A DNA stretch of 57,667 bases, counting the filler, from Sphacelaria rigidula (Eukaryota), in assembly GCA_964200075.2 (NCBI GenBank). It is 3 parts of 3 records of this genome, joined end to end, with 100 filler letters (N's around TTAATTAATTAA, not from the genome) between each part and the next. Parts side by side here need not be neighbours in the genome. Positions count along the whole stretch, not along the records: positions 38,513 to 57,667 come from CAXNAA020000723.1; 2 more parts are not named here. One strand, given 5' to 3'. Below, in pieces: positions 52,443 to 57,667 of the stretch (position 1 is its first letter; each line of letters begins with the position of its first letter). A model generated the notes under the pieces. The model saw only the letters and a list, made by a program, of their open reading frames with translations, searched no databases and was not told the origin of the DNA. A program made the position numbers and the translations under genes.

Positions 52443-54414
52443 GAAGCGCTTGTCGCGATGGCTTCTCGGCTGCTGTCTCGTGTGGGACATATACCGGCTG
52501 TTGTCTCCTGGCTGGTCCTCACCATGGGCGTAGTGGTGGTGCTACAATGTTGAATGATTCATGCGTCGTATACGCCCCGAGCAGCAATCGTTCGCAGATT
52601 CAAAGTGATGGGTGTCGGCCGCGTGCACTTCGAATGCGGATGGATGATGTCTACTCTAGGCAGTACATGTTGGACAGTTCAATGCTGCAGATCTTGGTGT
52701 GCAGTGATTGGACGCTGGTGGACCCTTGTGTTTGATATGGTCTAATAATTATCCTGCATGTGATGCGCCATCTGCCACGATTTTTTGCGCGTAATCTCCA
52801 CTCATGTGTTGCTCGTGCTTTGTACCTATCTGTGTGATTCTATACAGTGAGTCTCCGAATGAGCTTCGGGTCTCTTCTGTTTTCTACTGTAGCGAGAGGT
52901 TGAACCTAGGAACGGGTTATGCACTGAGGACTGGTCAGAAATCGGGGCATGAATGCCCAGGATGGATTGGAAAAATGCACTGAGGATTGGTCAAAAGTCA
53001 AGGCGTGAAGAAGAGGGGATGATAACTTGCAGCCCAGAAAGCCACTGTAGATTTTCATAGGTCAACACATTGCAAACTGCTGCACTTACAGACTGCTGCA
53101 CATGTCGGTGCTTTTAAACAAGATTTTGACCGTCAACTACCCCTGGCGATGACGGGTAAATGAGTGTGTAGATTTTGAAGCAGGGATATATATATATATA
53201 TATATGTGATGTCGAAACCTCTTCGTTCCCCCTCCGTTTCACGTGTTTTTTCGGTGATTGAGTGGGTTGTGGCCTTACGTGGTCTAGGTGGTGTATTTTT
53301 AGTCGAAGAATTACGGTTTATACGTTTCTGAGGTGTGGTCGTACCCACCAATCATTCCCCCCCTTTTTTTTTCTTGTCATGTTGCTGTGGAGCTGGCCTG
53401 AGAACACGTTTCAGATGATGACCCGTGGGGTTGACTCGGTGCATTCGGTGTACATCGGTGTGTGGTGTGGAATTGCCCAAATTGCTTCGGCGCACAACAG
53501 TTCGGGCAGCGCCGTGTTTTGCTCACTAGTTTGCGGTAATACGCGTCGGGAAGAGGGTCAGGACGCGCGATTTTTTTTAATATTATTGTAGAACCGACTG
53601 CTGATTCGATTACACAGCGCATGGTATTATGTACAGGAAGATGGCAATTGGGAGCTTGACGCTTGATGGAAGTTGTCGTGGGCGAGGACATGGTGAAGGT
53701 CATTTGTGAGCTAGGGAATACTGAGGAGTTGTTGTAAACGGGGGAGGGGAAATGAGGCAGTGCTCTGATTCCCACTCAGGGATAGGACTCGAGCTAGAAT
53801 GAATTGATCGGACAACTGGTCGCGATGGTGATGAGCGGTGCAGGGATGGGTTGTAAGCAAGACGCACGGAGGCGAGTACACAGCTGGAAACTCTTGCCTT
53901 CACCGGGGCACCTCGTTCAACCCCAAAACATCGGAGTGTGTTGGGCAGCTGTCATGACAGATGAGCCGACGTTGTCAGCCCACGTCTTGCGAGAAATGCG
54001 CTAGAGCAGGTTGTGGGTGTTAGCAGGTGGCTCCGGTTCACAGTGCTTTTGACCCTTGATGCACAACTGGTGACCGGTGGGGGGAAAGTGGAGATGCATG
54101 TACATGGAAATTTCCGTACATGTTGTGAAGTTGCTTGGCTGAGCGGATTTGGTGGGGGGAGGGGGGTAAGTTCAATGTACCCGCCGTTGCCAGGTTGAAC
54201 TCGCATCGTCCATTGCAATCGTTCTCATACCTGTCCTGGTGTGGAGGCGGAGATGTCGAAGGCGGGCAGTATGATGCCTCGGTTTGTGACGCTCGTTGCG
54301 GTTGAGGGAACACGAGCGTGTCGAAGAGTGCTTGCGTAGCCGCTTGTTGTATGTAGCGAATCAATTGCGGCGAAATAAACGATGGGTATCACAGCACCCA
54401 ACCTCACACTGGAG

Positions 54415-55000
54415 CTGTCCTTGGATATTTATTCAAGCTCAACCTCATGAATAACTACCTCTCCGCGAAGTGGATAAATCACTCAAAACAGTCGTGCGTC
54501 GGACGTCACCCGATACGCGCTGGACCGCCTCTCATAACCATGGCTCAATTTTGTAGTAGGCTGCTCACACACGCGGCCCATCGGCTACTCCCATGAAGAT
54601 CCTCTGTCGCGATTTCATCTTCTCGAGGGTGAAATTCCCAGTATCTTATCCGCGGGACCGTCATGACTGGATCCTCTGGAGGGCATCTGATGCTCCCATG
54701 ATTTCTGAGGTCTGGATCCCTCGAGAGTAACAAAACAGATGGTGCCATGGAGAGCCGCGCACCGTCTGGGGGCGTTTAATTCCCCTCGAAGCTCGAAAAG
54801 TCGACCGGAACAGGGTATTTTGGGGGGTAGCCGAATGGCCGCGTGTGTGGGCAGCCTTCTACAAAATTTAGCTGTGATTGTGAGGGGGGATCCAGCGCGT
54901 ATCGAGTGACGTCCGACGCACGACTGTTCTGGTGATTCACCGTTTTGCGGAGAGGCAGCCATTCAGGGGGTTGAGCTTGGACAAAAATTATTCAAGGGCA
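54415..55000. mobile_element. Foldback element with ~185-bp inverted arms
   Basis: 54415-54600 is the reverse complement of ~54815-55000, e.g. aacagtcgtgcgtcggacgtcacccgatacgcgctgga versus tccagcgcgtatcgagtgacgtccgacgcacgactgtt. Confidence 0.8.
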
Positions 55001-55001
55001 G

Positions 55002-56091
55002 GTCGCCTGGAATACTGAAAGTACATCTGAGTACTCAGTAAAATACCCGAGTAATTATTCTACTCAATTTTTGGGTAGATTGAGTACGGCCTCAAATACT
55101 GGCCTCGATTTTTGAGTAGATCGAGTACGACCTCCATTACTCTACTCGAATATTGAGTAAGTACTCTCTTGAGTAAGCACTCTCAGTAATACTTGAGAGT
55201 AAAAAATATCACTTGGGTTTGATCTCAATACTCTACTCAAGTTTTGGGTAGATTGAGTATATCCTCAGATACTGGACCCAGTTTTTGGGTAGATTGAGTG
55301 AGACCTCAAATACTGGACGCCAAACTTCCGCACCCGCCCCGGGAGATGATTGTTCGGGCCAATGTCAATGCCAGGGGTCCGGGTGGCGGATCCGTACTTC
55401 AATTCGTGCCGGGCGGTACACATGTGTTCGCCACCGTGCGAACGGATGCGCGATCGCGGTGTTTTTGCAATGTTTCCGGCGGGCATGAACATTGCCAGAG
55501 AGGCTCTCTTCTCACGAGGGCTTGGCAAGGCAAGAATACCGAGACCCTCGAAAAAGACGGACGGGCCCGGGGCGCAGCCCCGTGTCCCGTGCGGCTTGTA
55601 TATATGAATAAAATACGTAAAGGGGCAAAAGCAAACATACACCCCGCAACGCCCACCAAAATTTTCACAACGACGACAACAACAATCACAACAGTGTTTA
55701 TAGATCAGTTCCTCGCGACAAACTTGACAAAAGAAAAAAAAATATCATGACCATTCTCGAAAAAATGTCCTCCGGGAGGGGGGGGCTACTTGTCCGAAAT
55801 TTTCTCCGCGCTGCCCCCTGACTCTACCCACGTTTTGAGTAGATCGAGTACGACCTCCAATACTTTACTCGAATATTGAGTGAGTACTCTCAGCGATACT
55901 GAGAGTAAAGAGTATTATTGGGGTTTGGCCTCAATTCTATACTCAAATTTTGGGTGGATTGAGTACGGCCTCAAATATACTGGACCCAATTTTTGGGTAG
56001 ATTGACTAGGACCTCAAATACTCGACTCGAAATTTGAGTACTGAAAATATGGTTTTTCGAACATACGGAACTTTACTCGACCTTCCCTTGT
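55002..56091. repeat. GAGTA/TACTC-rich repeat element: ~35-bp subunits in two ~200-bp direct-repeat blocks around a ~500-bp core
   Basis: ttttgggtagattgagtacggcctcaaatactgg-like units at ~55068, 55109, 55242, 55282, 55833, 55948 and 55990. Block 55109-55316 is repeated at 55833-56024. Confidence 0.75.
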
Positions 56092-56096
56092 ATCTA

Positions 56097-56348
56097 CACA
56101 CGCGGCAATTTGGCTACCCCCCATAATGCCTCCGGAGGAATGCGCGACCCTCCAGAGGCAAAACGAGCCTCCGGAGGCCTTCATTTTCAATCCCTCTGGA
56201 GGAAACCAAAAGCTACCGACCTGAAAGGAAACCAAAAGCTACCGACCTGGAGGGCCGCGCACCCCTCCGGAGGCGTTTAATTCCTCTGGAGGCTCAAAAA
56301 ATTTACCCACCTGGAGAAATTGTGGACGTGGTCATATGGTCGCGTGTG
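56097..56348. mobile_element. Small MITE with CACACGCGG TIRs and TA flanks
   Basis: ta|CACACGCGGC ... GTCGCGTGTG|ta. Interior is rich in CCTCYGGAGG palindromes and homologous to the core of the 54415-55000 foldback. Confidence 0.65.
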
Positions 56349-57667
56349 TATTCTCTAGTTTCATTCTCTCTTTGGCACTTGAGACTGCCCGCGTGTCACA
56401 TTTCCTTCCCCGCGAAGAAATTCATCCCCCGGGTAACCCTCCTGCCCGGCTGGTGCCCTCACACAGACCGAAAGGTGGATGACTACACCCACACCCACAC
56501 ACAAGGTGGGGCTTGACAGCACAGCGCAAGTATTTGCTGCACCGTACGGTATAGCGAATGCAGTAACGCTTTGAAAGGATGGTCCAGTACGGAGCAGGGC
56601 TGCGGTTTTGTGTCCTATCCACGATTGACATTTATTCGTATATTTCGCCGTACACTCGTTTTCCCAGTGCAATGCTACGGTAGGGGTGCACTTTTTTCGC
56701 GAAATTATGTGTAGTTCAGGGGCTCCTAACGATTCTTGATGCACAAAAATATGGGTCAGGGCATCTCCGTTTGTTTGCAAATTTATACGGGATATTCCCA
56801 GCACATTGGAGTAGTAATCCTGGCGTACTTTCACATATTTTCATAAGGGTGGTGTTTTGCAGGATATCAAGGGCTTCCAACAATTCTAACCTCAGAAAGT
56901 ATTTGTGTGCCCCTACCGTAGCATCACTCCCTACCACTTTAAACGTCTCACTAGTAGTGAACTACTTCCTCTGTCAAACAAGATGAGCCCGCCCGGAAAT
57001 CACGTTGGATAAGCCCGTGGTGAAATTTTGTGATGGTGTACCCAATACAGTTGTTTTCGACATACGGACCTCCAATATGTCTTCCACATACGGTTGCTAT
57101 CATGTAATATATATATATATGTATAGCCCCAGGGGATCACATATTTTTGCCCCCGGCGTGAAAAAATCACAAAGTGGGCTTATGTAGTGAGATTTTCCGA
57201 AGGAGAACCAGAGTTTTGGCAGAGCTTTGGCTTAATGTGCGATACGGGGGGTATAAAGAACCTTTTTTTCGATGCTCAGACCCACGGAATGGTGTGCTTC
57301 GAGATGTTGGGGACATGTGTGAGAACAAGAAGACCCTCCAGACCCGGGGACAACATAGTATTGTCCCCGGGATGGGCGCGTATACCCCCGAATCCGATAT
57401 GTATGGGCTGCTGCGTGCTTAAATAGTGCTGTGGTGGCAGCAGACTGAAAAATGACGGTTTCGGGTGGTTCTCCGAAACGCCTCGGGAACCATGAAAAAA
57501 TAACGTTTCTCCAAAAATCGATGGGGAGGCTGTCAACCGGTAGATTCCGGTTGTGCACGACCTACACACTCTGATCGCCGTGAGTGTAGCTGCTTGTCTA
57601 TTGGGGGCTCGGCAAAAGCCTCGGTTTTGAGTTCTGCCCCAAAACTTCACGAAAACAACGAAAAAAC

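Noticed and set aside
55068-56024. Spaced ~35-bp repeats resembling a CRISPR array
   Set aside because: Units are degenerate and irregularly spaced, the spacers are themselves repeated, there are no cas genes and the context is eukaryotic.
52450-57667. Short ORFs downstream of RNR1
   Set aside because: No recognisable domains or consistent exon chain; the region is dominated by repeats.

Overview
Eukaryotic, intron-rich genomic DNA, most consistent with a brown alga or related stramenopile (inferred from exon/intron architecture and repeat landscape, not proven). The window is stitched from contigs: two 100-nt N..TTAATTAATTAA..N linkers (19158-19257, 38413-38512) and four 10-N gaps. I reconstructed these genes by splice-phase matching: (1) a very large minus-strand gene with tandem Ig-like beta-sandwich modules and a 4.6-kb exon (about 12.3 kb down to beyond the window start); (2) a minus-strand exon set at 15.6-18.9 kb that looks like the same family; (3) a TVP38/TMEM64 (VTT-domain) membrane protein; (4) a cysteine dioxygenase-family gene with a mitochondrial-type N-terminal extension and non-canonical active-site residues (Tyr157->Cys, Tyr58->Phe); (5) a class Ia ribonucleotide reductase large subunit with 17 visible exons and a GC-AG intron. 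Introns and intergenic DNA carry tRNA-derived SINEs, a Stowaway-like MITE, foldback elements, a Helentron/HINE-like element and short dispersed repeats. The best novelty candidate is the variant thiol dioxygenase.
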